The notes under the pieces are model-generated. The model ran no database searches, had not been told where the DNA came from, and worked only from the letters and a program-made list of their open reading frames with translations. 64,000 nt of DNA from Paraspadella gotoi (Eukaryota > Animalia > Chaetognatha), in contig CM119266.1 in assembly GCA_051294375.1 (NCBI GenBank), positions 18,036,087-18,100,086 of the forward strand. The letters run 5' to 3'. Shown piece after piece: positions 63,449 through 64,000 of the stretch. Made by a program: the position numbers and the translations under genes. The first letter of the stretch is position 1, and each line of letters starts with the position of its first letter.

Positions 63449-64000
63449 TCAAACTCAGGATGCTATAGAGGCGATTTTGTTTTGAGAGAAAACATTGTCC
63501 CCAATTTGAACTCGATTCCTCAGGACGCGGCTCCGCTTTAGCTGCCACGGCTGCCGCTGCCTCCACTTCCTCCTCCTCCTCCTCCTTCTCTTCCTCTCTC
63601 CGCCTACCTCTTGTTCCTCCCCTTCCCTCTCCCCCACTTATTTTAAAATATTCTTTTTTTAATCCACCTCTTTGTTTTGTTTCCTATCTTGACAATCAAA
63701 TCAGTATTGAACTATATTAAAAATGAAATTTATCTAAAGTGACAGTAGAGGAGAAAGCAACAAAAGGAAAAAGAGACTCTGCAACTTAAATGACAAACTA
63801 TTAAAGCAACAATTTTGCTTAACCATTACGTTATAAATATTGTAAATGTTGTAGATGTTGCAATATCGCTATTGCTATTATATTCCTTATCTTTGATGTA
63901 ATCAATATCGGTATCGTCGTTGTCGTCATCATAGTTGTCGTCGTCGCTGTATCAAGCTTCCAGTATTCTATTTCCCCCTTTGTTATCAGAGGCTAAATTC

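Overview
AT-rich eukaryotic (metazoan, invertebrate-like) genomic DNA with GC-rich exons, short introns, (CT)n tracts, one 25-N gap (25746-25770) and many indel-type consensus errors. Four spliced + strand genes are recognisable: RPS28, a STRAD pseudokinase, a Vav-family Rho GEF (CH-Ac-DH-PH-C1-SH3-SH2-SH3) and RBM39/Caper with a hugely expanded RS/Pro N-terminus. There is also an orphan low-complexity gene with SxIP-like motifs. The rest is mobile DNA: a 5'-truncated Penelope-like element with an inverted pseudo-LTR, 13-bp TSD and minimal hammerhead ribozymes (plus a second, covarying hammerhead), a CRE-like RLE non-LTR retrotransposon in a Vav intron, a ~3-kb CACGG...CCGTG foldback element, TA-flanked MITEs, Helentron-type HINEs (one nested), a solo LTR and a tRNA-derived SINE family. 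Two large direct duplications (offsets ~7.4 and ~7.8 kb) differ mostly by indels and are probably assembly artefacts. I see no clearly new multi-gene system. The best leads are the ribozyme-bearing Penelope, unexplained structured intronic RNAs, and unusual variants of STRAD, Vav and RBM39.
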